From: Nitrospinaceae bacterium
Lineage (GTDB): Bacteria; Nitrospinota; Nitrospinia; Nitrospinales; VA-1
DNA length: 64,000 nt
Assembly (NCBI GenBank): GCA_046754465.1
Contig: JBHHVU010000002.1
Span: forward strand, 32,001-96,000
Direction of reading: 5' to 3'
Of the stretch, positions 29,448-39,256 are shown in pieces; the stretch's first letter is position 1; every line of letters begins with the position of its first letter. The translations under genes were made by a program, and so were the position numbers. The notes beneath the pieces are model-generated. The model had not been told where the DNA came from. It worked only from the letters and a program-made list of their open reading frames with translations, and did no database searches.

Positions 29448-30764
29448 ATGCCGGTCCCCGTTGTCGCCATTATCGGCAGGGCCAATGTGGGCAAATCCAC
29501 CCTGTTCAACAAACTGACCCGTAAAAGAACGGCGATCGTCAATGATACACCCGGCGTCACCCGCGACCGGATGTATGGGCGGACCGAGTGGTCCGGAAAA
29601 CCCGTGATCGTGGTCGACACGGGGGGGATCGATTTCGAGGGAAAAACCGATTTAGAGCACCAGGTTCAGGAACAGGCCCGATTGGCCCAGGATGAGGCGG
29701 ATGCCATCATTTTTGTCGTGGACCATCAGCGTGGCGTTACCCCACAGGACCGGGAGGTGATCGGGCAGGTGAGAAAATCGGGGAAACCCTTGTTCCTGGC
29801 CGTCAACAAGGTAGACCACCCCCGGCATGAGAATGGTGTTTACGAGTTTGCTCAATTGGGAGTGGAGCGGGTTTACCCGATCTCCGCCGAACACAGTTTG
29901 GGACTCGGCGGTTTGACCCAGGATATTGCCGGGGGATTTCCCGAAACGGAGCACCCGGAGAAAGCGCCCGACGCCATTCACGTGGCCATCGTCGGGAAAC
30001 CCAATGCCGGTAAATCCTCCCTGGTCAATAGGATTTTGAAGTCCGAGCGGTGTGTTGTCTCCGAGGTGCCAGGAACCACCCGGGACGCCGTGGACTCGCA
30101 TTTGGTATACCAGGGAAAAAATTTCGTGCTCATCGACACCGCCGGGATCCGTCGGAAAGGAAGGACCCGCAAGTTGCTGGACAAGTTCAGCGTGATCATG
30201 GCGCTCAAGGCCCTCGACCGCTGTGACATCGCCGTCCTGGTCCTGGACGGGACAACCGGCATCACCGAGCAAGACGCGACCATCGCCGGTTACGCTTTTG
30301 AAAGGGGCAAAGGGTGCGTCATCGTGGCCACCAAGTGGGACCTGGTAAAAGAACGGTCTCGAGGGGCGTTTGAAGAGCTTGCGAGAGAAAAACTGCGGTT
30401 TCTTGAGTTCGCCCCCATTCTGACGGTCTCCGGAAAAACCGGACAGGGACTCAATAAACTGCTCAGCCACATCGGCCGGGTGTACGAGGAATATTCCAGG
30501 CGTATTCCCACCCGGCGGTTGAATGATTGTTTTGAACGGGCGATCCGGAAGAATCCAATGAGCAGTTACCGGGGAAAATTTTTGAAGATGTTTTACACCA
30601 CGCAGGTAAAAAATTGTCCCCCGACCTTCCGGTGTTTTGTAAATTATCCCCAGGGGATCCATTTTTCATATCGGCGTTATTTGACCAACAGCCTGCGCAA
30701 GGATTTCGGATTTTCCGGAACCCCGGTCCGCCTCCTGTTTTCCAGCCGCGATAAAGGTGATTGA
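29448..30764 (+). CDS. der: Ribosome biogenesis GTPase Der (EngA)
   Basis: Two tandem G domains, 'GRANVGKSTLFN' and 'GKPNAGKSSLVN'. Confidence 0.97.
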   Translation: MPVPVVAIIGRANVGKSTLFNKLTRKRTAIVNDTPGVTRDRMYGRTEWSGKPVIVVDTGGIDFEGKTDLEHQVQEQARLAQDEADAIIFVVDHQRGVTPQDREVIGQVRKSGKPLFLAVNKVDHPRHENGVYEFAQLGVERVYPISAEHSLGLGGLTQDIAGGFPETEHPEKAPDAIHVAIVGKPNAGKSSLVNRILKSERCVVSEVPGTTRDAVDSHLVYQGKNFVLIDTAGIRRKGRTRKLLDKFSVIMALKALDRCDIAVLVLDGTTGITEQDATIAGYAFERGKGCVIVATKWDLVKERSRGAFEELAREKLRFLEFAPILTVSGKTGQGLNKLLSHIGRVYEEYSRRIPTRRLNDCFERAIRKNPMSSYRGKFLKMFYTTQVKNCPPTFRCFVNYPQGIHFSYRRYLTNSLRKDFGFSGTPVRLLFSSRDKGD

Positions 30765-33162
30765 ACGCATGACGGGCACCAGGGAATTCAATATTGTAAA
30801 AGGTCACAATTACCGGATTCTTGAGGCCAGGGGGTTTGACAGCATTGTGTTTGGCTGCCCTCCCGGCATGGTCAAGGATTTCGCGAGAAACGACCGGCCG
30901 CTGCCCCGCCATTACGTGATTCCCATCCGCACCTTTATAAAGGGGAAAAATAATTTCGATTTTGAGTTCATCATTTACAGTTTTTTGTTTTTCAAAAAGC
31001 GGAAGTTGAAAATATCCGTTTACTGTTCCAGGGACCAGAAAACCCGTTTTAAAAATATCCTGAATGAAACCCTTTTCGGTCCCCGGTTCAGATACCTTCT
31101 ACAGGCCCAGTTCAGGAAATTTTGCGTCCGCAAGAAGTTTTCTCCCCGGGATTTGGAGCGTTTCGATACCTTCCTATCCCGGATGGCGGCCGATAAGAAA
31201 TTGTTCAACCGGTTCAGCCATCTCCTGAAAATCCATGCCGGCGACCCAGCCATCACTCGAACCATCCGGGAATATTTTGAAGAACTGATTCAAGGCGAAA
31301 GGTGGCTCAAACAAAAAAAGATCCCTCGCCTGGCAGGCGATCTAGCGCACCATTACATCATTTGCGCCCAATTGAAAAAGGAGATGGACCTGTTTTCCCT
31401 GGCGGACGAAAAAGGCCGGGATCGATTTCTCAATAATCTGATCGATTTTTATGAGCTGGACCTGGATAAATCGGTGACGGTACCGGGCAAAAAGGATAAG
31501 AGAAAAAAAATCAAAATCGTCCAGAGGCGCCCGTCGGCCTTTGAAATTATCAGCAAAAATAAAAAACTGGGTTCCATCGATATCAGCCATCTGGATCCTC
31601 CCGAGTTCCTGGACGATTTCCAACTGGTGGAAAAACCGTTCATGGGGGTGACCTTTTTGGGCGTCGGTTCCGGATTTACCCCGAAACGGAGAAACAGTTG
31701 CCTGATCGCTTGGTCGGAGGGAAAAGGCATCATGGTCGACGCTGTTTCCGACAGCTCCCGGGTCGCCCTGAACCATGGAATCACCGAAAATGACATCCTT
31801 TACATTTTTTTGACCCATGTCCATTCCGATCACGATGCGGGACTGGCGGAACTGATCCTCTCAGGTCAGAGAATCAAAGTCATCTCCAGCCGGATTATTT
31901 TTGAAAGTTTTTTGAGGAAGCTGGAGGCCCTTACCTGTCTGCCCATCCGGATTGTTGAAGAATTTATCGATTTTCTGGAAGTGGAACCTCATAAAAAAAT
32001 CCGGCTTCCCGGTTTCGACCATACCTACTTCGAGTTCGATTATTCCCTGCACTCTATTCCAACGGGCCGGTTCCGGCTGATCTATAAGGATCCCACCGGC
32101 AAACAAACGGTGATCAGCCATTCCGGGGATACCAAGTACGACGTGGAAAACATCCATCAATGGTATCGAGAGGGAATTTTTTCCAGGAAGCGGCGGGATG
32201 AGGTTCTCGGCTTCATTTGGGACGCGGACCTCATCCTTCACGACGTAGGCGGCGGATTCCTCCACACCCGGCTGGAATCCCTGGAATCTCTGGACGAATC
32301 GGTGAAAGAAAAACTAGTGCTTGTCCATCAGCATCAAGATCCCAAACCGCACCCAGAATTTCATTTCGGCGCGGAGGGGCAGACCAGGGTTTTGATCCGC
32401 CCACCCCGGGTGGCCCCTTCGGGCGATGTCGATACCATAAAAAAGGTGGCCTTGTTCAAGGCGCTGAAAAAACAGGATCTGCTGGCCATGCTCCACAATT
32501 CGGAGGTGGTGCTTTTCCAGGCCGACGAGATTGTGTTTTCCCAGAATGATCTTGGCGATGACTTTTATGTCATATTGGAAGGCTTCGCGGAAATTATCAT
32601 CGACGGCAGGGCGTTTGCCATCTATGAAAAAGGCAAGCTTTTCGGGGAACTGGCGGTGAGCACGGGCGACCCCCGGCGGCGGGCTACCATTAAAGCTAAA
32701 TCGCCCTTGACCCTGCTGCGGATTCCCAGCGGGTTGTACCATAAATTCAATCTTCCCAAGGTCCACGATAATTTTTACAATATGCGTAATTATTTTTCAG
32801 AGGCCGTGCACCCCAGCCTGATCGCCTCCCTGGCGTTTGGTAAAATCATACACTGGAGCCAAAAGGATTGTATTCTTTCCAGGAATTCCGATCCCCGGGA
32901 AGTGCACATCATTCTTTCCGGACAGGTGGCGATTACCCATCGCGATTCGAACGATTCGGTTTTCCTTTCCCGGGGAGATGTCATCGGCAAAACCGGGGAA
33001 ATGAAAACATTGCGGGGCCACGTTTCGGCTTGGGCGCATACGGAGGATGTGTATACTATCCGCATGAACCAGAACGAAATGGAGCGCGTGTTTAAAATGT
33101 TTCCATCTTTTCATGGTACGATGTATCAAAAAATCAAGAAACTGGAGGCGCGTTTGGTTTGA
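30757..33162 (+). CDS. Metallo-beta-lactamase-fold hydrolase fused to cyclic-nucleotide-binding domain(s)
   Basis: 'THVHSDHDAG' (HxHxDH), 'HSIP', 'SGDT'; cNMP motif 'FGELAV..RRATIKA'. Confidence 0.85.
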   Translation: MIERMTGTREFNIVKGHNYRILEARGFDSIVFGCPPGMVKDFARNDRPLPRHYVIPIRTFIKGKNNFDFEFIIYSFLFFKKRKLKISVYCSRDQKTRFKNILNETLFGPRFRYLLQAQFRKFCVRKKFSPRDLERFDTFLSRMAADKKLFNRFSHLLKIHAGDPAITRTIREYFEELIQGERWLKQKKIPRLAGDLAHHYIICAQLKKEMDLFSLADEKGRDRFLNNLIDFYELDLDKSVTVPGKKDKRKKIKIVQRRPSAFEIISKNKKLGSIDISHLDPPEFLDDFQLVEKPFMGVTFLGVGSGFTPKRRNSCLIAWSEGKGIMVDAVSDSSRVALNHGITENDILYIFLTHVHSDHDAGLAELILSGQRIKVISSRIIFESFLRKLEALTCLPIRIVEEFIDFLEVEPHKKIRLPGFDHTYFEFDYSLHSIPTGRFRLIYKDPTGKQTVISHSGDTKYDVENIHQWYREGIFSRKRRDEVLGFIWDADLILHDVGGGFLHTRLESLESLDESVKEKLVLVHQHQDPKPHPEFHFGAEGQTRVLIRPPRVAPSGDVDTIKKVALFKALKKQDLLAMLHNSEVVLFQADEIVFSQNDLGDDFYVILEGFAEIIIDGRAFAIYEKGKLFGELAVSTGDPRRRATIKAKSPLTLLRIPSGLYHKFNLPKVHDNFYNMRNYFSEAVHPSLIASLAFGKIIHWSQKDCILSRNSDPREVHIILSGQVAITHRDSNDSVFLSRGDVIGKTGEMKTLRGHVSAWAHTEDVYTIRMNQNEMERVFKMFPSFHGTMYQKIKKLEARLV

Positions 33163-33296
33163 TTCGGCCAAGCTGAAAAACCTGGACCGTGAATCCGGAT
33201 CCTTTTTGGAATCGGCGTTCCTCGGTTCCGGCGGGGACAGAATAGCCTTATAACCCAGGCAGTATTGTGTGACATCCCTTTTCCCAGAGGTTGAAG

Positions 33297-35387
33297 ATGA
33301 AACAGTTCAAACTGCAGGAAATCAGAAATGTTGGGCTCATTGGTCATGGGGGTTCCGGAAAGACTTCGGTTGCGGAAGCGATTCTTTACGCATCGGGAGT
33401 ATCGGACCGATTGGGAAAGGCTGGCGACAGTACGTCGATCATGGATTATGATCAGGATGAAATCAAGCGGGGCCACACGATCACCGCCTCACTCGCGTTT
33501 TGTGAGTGGAACAAACACAAGATCAATGTACTCGATACGCCCGGGGACAACAACTTCATCGCCGATACCCCCGCCTGCATCAAGGTCATCGATGGCACGG
33601 TCCTGGTTATCGGGGCCGATGACGGCGTGCAGTTCTACACCGAAAAAGGCTGGCATTGGTCGGATCAACAAGGGCTTCTTAGAATCGTTTTCCTCAATAA
33701 AATGGATCATGACCGGGCCAGCCCCGGACCCGTTTTGGAATCCATTAAGAAAAAATTCAAAACCAATCCGGTGTTTCTGCAGGTGCCCATCGGGGAGGGG
33801 GAGCATTTTTCCGGAATGGTGGACTTGGTCGAGAACAAATGCTACACCTATGAAAAAGGCGGCAAGGGAATGGGAAAAGCGGGGGATATCCCCGCGGAGA
33901 TTCAGGATACCGTGGAGACCCGCCGGGCCGAACTCATCGAGGCCGTGGCCGAGGTGGATGACGATTTGATCGAGATTTATCTGGACAAGGGGGAACTTTC
34001 CGAGGAAGAGTTCCATAACGGTTTGAAAAGTGGAATCAAGGAGGGGAAACTGGTGCCGGTATTGTGTGGCTCCGGTCTTCTCAATATGGGGATCGATCTT
34101 TTATTGAATGCCATCGTCGATTTCTTTCCCTCTCCCGATGTCCGTCCACCCGTAAAAGGAAAATCCCCCAAGGACCATTCCGAGATTACGCTGGGTCCCG
34201 ATTCCAAGGAACCCTCCGCCCTGGTGTTCAAAACCATCGCCGATCCCTATGCGGGCAAATTGACCCTGTTCAGGGTGTATTCCGGTTGCATCAAAGCCGA
34301 TTCCAGTGTTTATAATGCTACCAAGGAGTCCAACGAGAGGGTGGGACAGTTGTTCATGCTCCAGGGGAAAAAACAGGTTCCCGTCCCGGAGGTCCCCGCG
34401 GGGGAAATTGGAGCCGTCGCGAAATTGAAAGTCACGTCCACCGGCGATACCCTGTGCGATTCCGCGAACCCGGTGGTTTTTGATCCGATCACCTTCCCCC
34501 TGCCTGTCTTTGCCCAGGCCGTCCTTCCCAAAACCCGGGCGGATGAAGAAAAAATAAGCACCGCGTTAAATCGCCTGTCCGAAGAGGATCCCACCCTGAA
34601 AATCGAGCGTAACGCCCAAACCCATGAATTGTTGATTTCGGGAATGGGACAGCTTCACCTGGATGTGGTCATCGATCGCCTGAAAAAAAGATTCGGGGTG
34701 GAGGTGGAGGTGAAACCTCCCAAGGTTCCCTACCAGGAGACCCTCCGGGGAAGAACGAAGGTTCAAGGTAAATATAAAAAGCAGACCGGGGGTCGGGGGC
34801 AGTATGGAGATACCTGGCTGGAAATTTGCCCCCTCGAACGGGGGGCGGGGTTTGTCTTCGAGGATAAAATCGTCGGCGGCGCCATTCCCAAAACCTATAT
34901 TCCCGCCGTCGAAAAGGGGATTCAGGAAGCCATGGCTCAGGGGGTCATCGCCCATTACCCCATGGTCGATGTGAAAGTCACGCTCTACGATGGGTCGTAC
35001 CACGATGTGGATTCCTCGGAAATGGCTTTCAAAATAGCCGGGTCCCTGGGATTCAAAAAGGGTGTCCTGGATTGCAAACCCACCCTCCTCGAACCAATCA
35101 TGAATATGCAGGTCATTATTCCCAGTGAATATGTGGGCGACGTCATGGGAGATCTGAATTCCAAGCGCGGAAAAATACAGGGCATCGACGCGGATGATGA
35201 CAACCAGACCATCCAGGTCCGAGTTCCCATGGCGGAAGTTTTGAATTACGCCGCCGACCTCCGGTCCCTGACCAGCGGGCGCGGAATGTTTTTGATGGAG
35301 TTTGACCATTATGAAGAAGTGCCGGAACATCTTTCAAAAAAGCTGATCGACGAGGCGAATAAAAATTACGCCAAAGATAAGGAATAA
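33297..35387 (+). CDS. fusA: Elongation factor G paralogue (EF-G2-like)
   Basis: 'GHGGSGKT', 'KKQTGGRGQYG', 'DGSYHDVDSSEMAF'; not in an rpsL-rpsG operon; divergent switch motifs. Confidence 0.92.
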   Translation: MKQFKLQEIRNVGLIGHGGSGKTSVAEAILYASGVSDRLGKAGDSTSIMDYDQDEIKRGHTITASLAFCEWNKHKINVLDTPGDNNFIADTPACIKVIDGTVLVIGADDGVQFYTEKGWHWSDQQGLLRIVFLNKMDHDRASPGPVLESIKKKFKTNPVFLQVPIGEGEHFSGMVDLVENKCYTYEKGGKGMGKAGDIPAEIQDTVETRRAELIEAVAEVDDDLIEIYLDKGELSEEEFHNGLKSGIKEGKLVPVLCGSGLLNMGIDLLLNAIVDFFPSPDVRPPVKGKSPKDHSEITLGPDSKEPSALVFKTIADPYAGKLTLFRVYSGCIKADSSVYNATKESNERVGQLFMLQGKKQVPVPEVPAGEIGAVAKLKVTSTGDTLCDSANPVVFDPITFPLPVFAQAVLPKTRADEEKISTALNRLSEEDPTLKIERNAQTHELLISGMGQLHLDVVIDRLKKRFGVEVEVKPPKVPYQETLRGRTKVQGKYKKQTGGRGQYGDTWLEICPLERGAGFVFEDKIVGGAIPKTYIPAVEKGIQEAMAQGVIAHYPMVDVKVTLYDGSYHDVDSSEMAFKIAGSLGFKKGVLDCKPTLLEPIMNMQVIIPSEYVGDVMGDLNSKRGKIQGIDADDDNQTIQVRVPMAEVLNYAADLRSLTSGRGMFLMEFDHYEEVPEHLSKKLIDEANKNYAKDKE

Positions 35388-35449
35388 CATTTTCGGATTT
35401 CCCTTCGTTTCGAATCATTTCACCCTGTAATCGCCGAGGGATCACGATT

Positions 35450-35779
35450 ATGAATATCCCAAAACCTAACGGAACGCTGATCAAATCGGATTTGGTCGAT
35501 CGTGTTTATGAAAAGGTGGGGTTCACCCGCCAGGAGGCGATGGAAGCCGTGGAAATCCTGTTCCGGGAGATCAAGTTCGTCCTTGCCAGGGGCGAGAGTG
35601 TGCGCATTCCCAGGTTCGCCCAATTTTACACGAAAGTAAAAAAGGCCAGGAATGCCAGGAATCCCAAAACGGGAATTCCCATACAAATCCGATCGAGAAC
35701 CGTGTTGGCATTTAAACCGAGCAAACAGCTTTTATTGTCCATCGATCGTAATCCCCATGTCCCCAACCATTCCGGATAA
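35450..35779 (+). CDS. ihfA: Integration host factor alpha / HU-family protein
   Basis: '[21 protein letters not shown]'; followed by a MerR gene as in ihfA loci. Confidence 0.85.
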   Translation: MNIPKPNGTLIKSDLVDRVYEKVGFTRQEAMEAVEILFREIKFVLARGESVRIPRFAQFYTKVKKARNARNPKTGIPIQIRSRTVLAFKPSKQLLLSIDRNPHVPNHSG

Positions 35780-36119
35780 ACTTTTTTTTAAGATCGGCGA
35801 GGTCGCAGAGATCTCCGGGGTTGAACAACATGTCCTCCGCTATTGGGAGGATGAATTCGATACCCTCAAACCCGATAAGAACCGCGCGGGACAAAGGCTG
35901 TACAAGAGAAAAGACGTTGAGCTGGTCCTGGAGATCAAGCGGCTGCTTTACCGGGAAAAATTTACCATTGCCGGGGCTAAAAAAAAATTGAAAGAAAGCA
36001 AAAAGAAGAGCCAGCAAATGGACATCGCTTTCGACCGGGACACCTTCGTCGGTTGGAAAAAGAAGGTTCAAAAGGAACTCCGATCGATTTTGAATATTAT
36101 CGACCATGGAAAACCATGA
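35757..36119 (+). CDS. MerR-family transcriptional regulator
   Basis: '[34 protein letters not shown]'. Confidence 0.9.
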   Translation: MSPTIPDKLFFKIGEVAEISGVEQHVLRYWEDEFDTLKPDKNRAGQRLYKRKDVELVLEIKRLLYREKFTIAGAKKKLKESKKKSQQMDIAFDRDTFVGWKKKVQKELRSILNIIDHGKP

Positions 36120-36315
36120 CCGTTCCCGGGGTGTGAGTGGCCATGCGGTTCCCCAATACCCCTGGGGAAAGAGGGAACCCGGTCTTTCCCGCGAAGTGTT
36201 CTTTCATTAAAACCCATCCTGTTTCATTCATCGAATTTCCCAGGCACGGCTTTCGTTCCCTGTCCGGAAACGGTGTCACCATCGTAACCCGGTGTTTTTT
36301 TGTTGAGGAGATACC

Positions 36316-37904
36316 ATGGACCCCAAAAAGATCGTGATTGTCGGTGGCGTTGCCGGCGGGGCTACAGCGGCCACGGCCACGCGCAGGTTGAGCGAAGATG
36401 CTGAAATCATCGTGTACGAACGGGGACCGCATGTATCTTTCGCCAATTGCGGGCTCCCCTATTATGTGGGCGGGGAAATTGAAAACAAAGATGCGCTGCT
36501 GGTTCAGACCCCGCAAAGCCCTCCAGGCCCGTTACAAACTGGATGTCCGTGTCCGGTCCACAGTGGTTTCCATAGATCGGCCGGGATGGCCATTTTACGG
36601 TGCGCAATGTGCCCGATGTCGAAGCGATTCTTTCCTGGGTCGAAAAGAAAAGAGCCCGGCGAGCCGTCGTGGTCGGTGGGGGGTATATCGGACTTGAAAT
36701 GGCGGAACAACTTCACCAGCGCGGACTGGAAATCGCCGTCACGGAGGCCTTGCCGCAGGTGATGGCTCCCCTCGATGAAGAAATGGCGGCCTGGCTTTCC
36801 CACGAAATGCGGGAGCGGGGAATCGGTTTGTATCTAGGAAGCCCGGTGGCTGGTTTCGAGGCTCCGGCAGCGGATGAAATTGCCGCTGCCTCCATCGTCG
36901 TTTTGAAGAATGGGACCCGGCTGCCGGCGGATCTGGTCATCCTGGGCCTGGGTGTTCGGCCGGAGGTGAACCTCGCTCGGCAAGCCGGACTGGAAATCGG
37001 AAAACGGGGTGGCATTCAGGTCAACGGCAGGATGCAGACTAGCGATCCGGATATCTGGGCCATCGGCGACGCAGTGGAGGTGCGGGACTGTGTGACGGGG
37101 GAATGGGGGCTCGTTCCTCTTGCGGGGCCTGCCAACCGCCAAGGCAGGCTGGTGGCGGAAAATATCTTTGGGGAGGAAATAACCTACACGGGAACCTGGG
37201 GAACCGCGATCTTGCGATTGTTCGATCTAGCCGCGGGATGCACCGGAGCCAATGAAAAAACTTTGCGCCGCATGCAGCGATCTTTTCAAGCCGTTCATTT
37301 GCATCCCTATTCGCATACGGATTATTACCCCGGCGCAAAGCGGATGGCGCTCAAAATACTTTTCGATCCGGAGTCCGGAAAACTGCTCGGCGCGCAGGCC
37401 GTGAGCACGGAAGGGGTGGACAAACGGATCGATGTCTTCGCGACAGCCCTCAAGGCGGGGATGACGGTGCATGATCTGGTGGACCTGGAATTGTCCTACG
37501 CGCCTCCTTTCGGGTCGGCCAAGGACCCGGTCAACCTCGCGGGCATGATCGCCCAGCATGTATTGGCCCGTGAGATCGTGTCCCTGCAATGGTATGAGGT
37601 CCGGGATCTGGACCCGGAAAAGTCGGTGCTCCTGGATGTTCGGAACCCGGAGGAACGAGAGAACGGATTCATTCCCGGTTCCCGTCATATTCCCCTTCAC
37701 CAGCTTCGGGAGAGACTGGGAGAACTCCCCAGAGACCGGGAAATCGTCTGCTACTGCGAGACCGGACAGCGTTCCTATTTTGCCTGCCGCATTCTGGGCC
37801 AACACAAGTTCCGGGTTCGTAATTTGATGGGGGCCTACCGGACCTGGAAAATTGCTCAATCCTCCCAAGGGGAGGATTCGGCACAGATGCAGAGGGGCGG
37901 GTGA
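36316..37904 (+). pseudogene. Disrupted CoA-disulfide reductase / NADH oxidase with C-terminal rhodanese domain
   Basis: N-terminus ('IVGGVAGG', 'SFANCGLPY') is in one frame, 'LQARYKLDVRVRSTVVSIDR' in a second, and the remainder ('GGGYIGLEMAE', 'YAPPF', rhodanese 'CETGQRS') in a third. Confidence 0.8.
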
Positions 37905-37905
37905 A

Positions 37906-38478
37906 ATGAATAAAAATGTCGAGGTGCGCTGTTCCTGGACCGGGCAGGACCCCTTGATGGTGGAATATCATGATAAAGAATGGGGCGTGCCCGTTCATGA
38001 CGACCGGACCCTGTTTGAGTTTTTGATCCTGGAAGGGGCGCAAGCCGGGTTGAGTTGGAGCACCGTCCTCAAAAAGCGGCAGAATTTCCGCCGGGCGTTC
38101 GATCATTTTGATCCACCAAAAATATCCCGATATGGCGAGAAGGATAAAAAACGGTTGCTTGCCGACGCGGGCATCATCCGCAACCGGTTGAAGATCGACG
38201 CGGCGATTTCCAACGCGCGAAGTTATCTTAAAGTTCAGGATGAATGCGATTCATTCCATCGATATATCTGGCAATTTGTTGGCGGAAAACCCATAAAAAA
38301 TAAATTCAAGAGCCTGTCCGCGGTTCCCGCGATTTCCCCCGAATCGGAAGCCATGAGCAAGGACCTCAAGAAAAGAGGATTTCGTTTCGTGGGGCCGGCC
38401 ATCTGCTATGCGTTCATGCAGGCCGTCGGCATGGTCAACGACCACACAGTTGATTGTTTCAGGCACGGAGAAGTTTAA
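37906..38478 (+). CDS. tag: DNA-3-methyladenine glycosylase I
   Basis: 'YHDKEWG', 'LEGAQAGLSW', 'GIIRNRLKI', 'GMVNDH..C'. Confidence 0.96.
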   Translation: MNKNVEVRCSWTGQDPLMVEYHDKEWGVPVHDDRTLFEFLILEGAQAGLSWSTVLKKRQNFRRAFDHFDPPKISRYGEKDKKRLLADAGIIRNRLKIDAAISNARSYLKVQDECDSFHRYIWQFVGGKPIKNKFKSLSAVPAISPESEAMSKDLKKRGFRFVGPAICYAFMQAVGMVNDHTVDCFRHGEV

Positions 38479-38551
38479 ATTCAGTTTGTTGGAAAATCTT
38501 TTTTTACCGGCGGTCGGGGATGAAGAAAAGAACGGCGGGGTTTTAAAAAAG

Positions 38552-38588
38552 AAAAACCTCCCCGCTGTGAAGCCGCGGGAAGGTTTTT
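38552..38588. terminator. Probable bidirectional intrinsic terminator
   Basis: AAAAACCT-CCCCGC-loop-GCGGGA-AGGTTTTT between convergent tag and redoxin genes. Confidence 0.7.
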
Positions 38589-38605
38589 GATGGTTTGCGG
38601 AGGGT

Positions 38606-39079
38606 TCAGGAAAAAGCCTTTTTCGCTACATTCAACAGACTGTCCAGGGGGCGGCAACCGAGCAGTTCCGCGTCTTCACGAGCGAGTTGTTCTCCGTTCG
38701 CGTCCACGGCGATGGTGGAGCGATTGAGGTAGCGGCTCCTCACCCCTTCCAGGTTTAATTTGTTGGCTTTGGCGAAACCCAGGTCGGCGTCCTGGAGCAG
38801 GTTGGGAAGCCCGCGCCCCGCATTGGTCAGAATATCCGTTCCCACGACCACGAGCACTTCATCGGCGCCCGCTTCCCTAAACTTGCCCATATTCTCCTTG
38901 ATCAAATCCAGTTCCTTGTTGCAGAACCCACCGGCCCCAGGCAAGGTCACAATGAGTCTTTTCCCTTGAAAATCACTTATCGAGACATTTTTTTCAAGTG
39001 GGGTTGAAGCCGCGTTTTCCACAGTCCAGTCGGGGTTCAGTTTGATCAATTTTTCATCGATACCGGGCAGCTTCGCCAT
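38606..39079 (-). CDS. Redoxin / peroxiredoxin-like (Prx5-type fold) protein, atypical
   Basis: 'ISDFQGKRLIVTLPGAGGFC', 'GADEVLVV', 'DADLGFAKA', 'RST'; GGAGG RBS. Confidence 0.7.
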   Translation of the reverse strand: MAKLPGIDEKLIKLNPDWTVENAASTPLEKNVSISDFQGKRLIVTLPGAGGFCNKELDLIKENMGKFREAGADEVLVVVGTDILTNAGRGLPNLLQDADLGFAKANKLNLEGVRSRYLNRSTIAVDANGEQLAREDAELLGCRPLDSLLNVAKKAFS

Positions 39080-39256
39080 AAGAAGGACCTCCATTTTTGG
39101 TAATTTTAGAGTAGCTATTTAGATGAGGAAACCCGTGTAAGGATGCAAAATTCTTCAAAAAACCATTCCGGAATCCGCCCGAAACCGGCCGCATTTTTTC
39201 CAGGGCAGGGTTTCATTCGCATTTGAACCCGGCATCTGATAGGCTTTGAAATTGCC

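Noticed and set aside
36120..36315. Possible tRNA-Pro after ihfA-merR, as in many bacteria
   Set aside because: Only a short TTCCCCA/TGGGGAA hairpin; no cloverleaf, T-loop or CCA recognisable.
36500..36600. Programmed frameshifting in the CoA-disulfide reductase gene
   Set aside because: It would need two shifts, a conserved segment is missing, and no slippery heptamer is evident; decay or assembly error is more likely.
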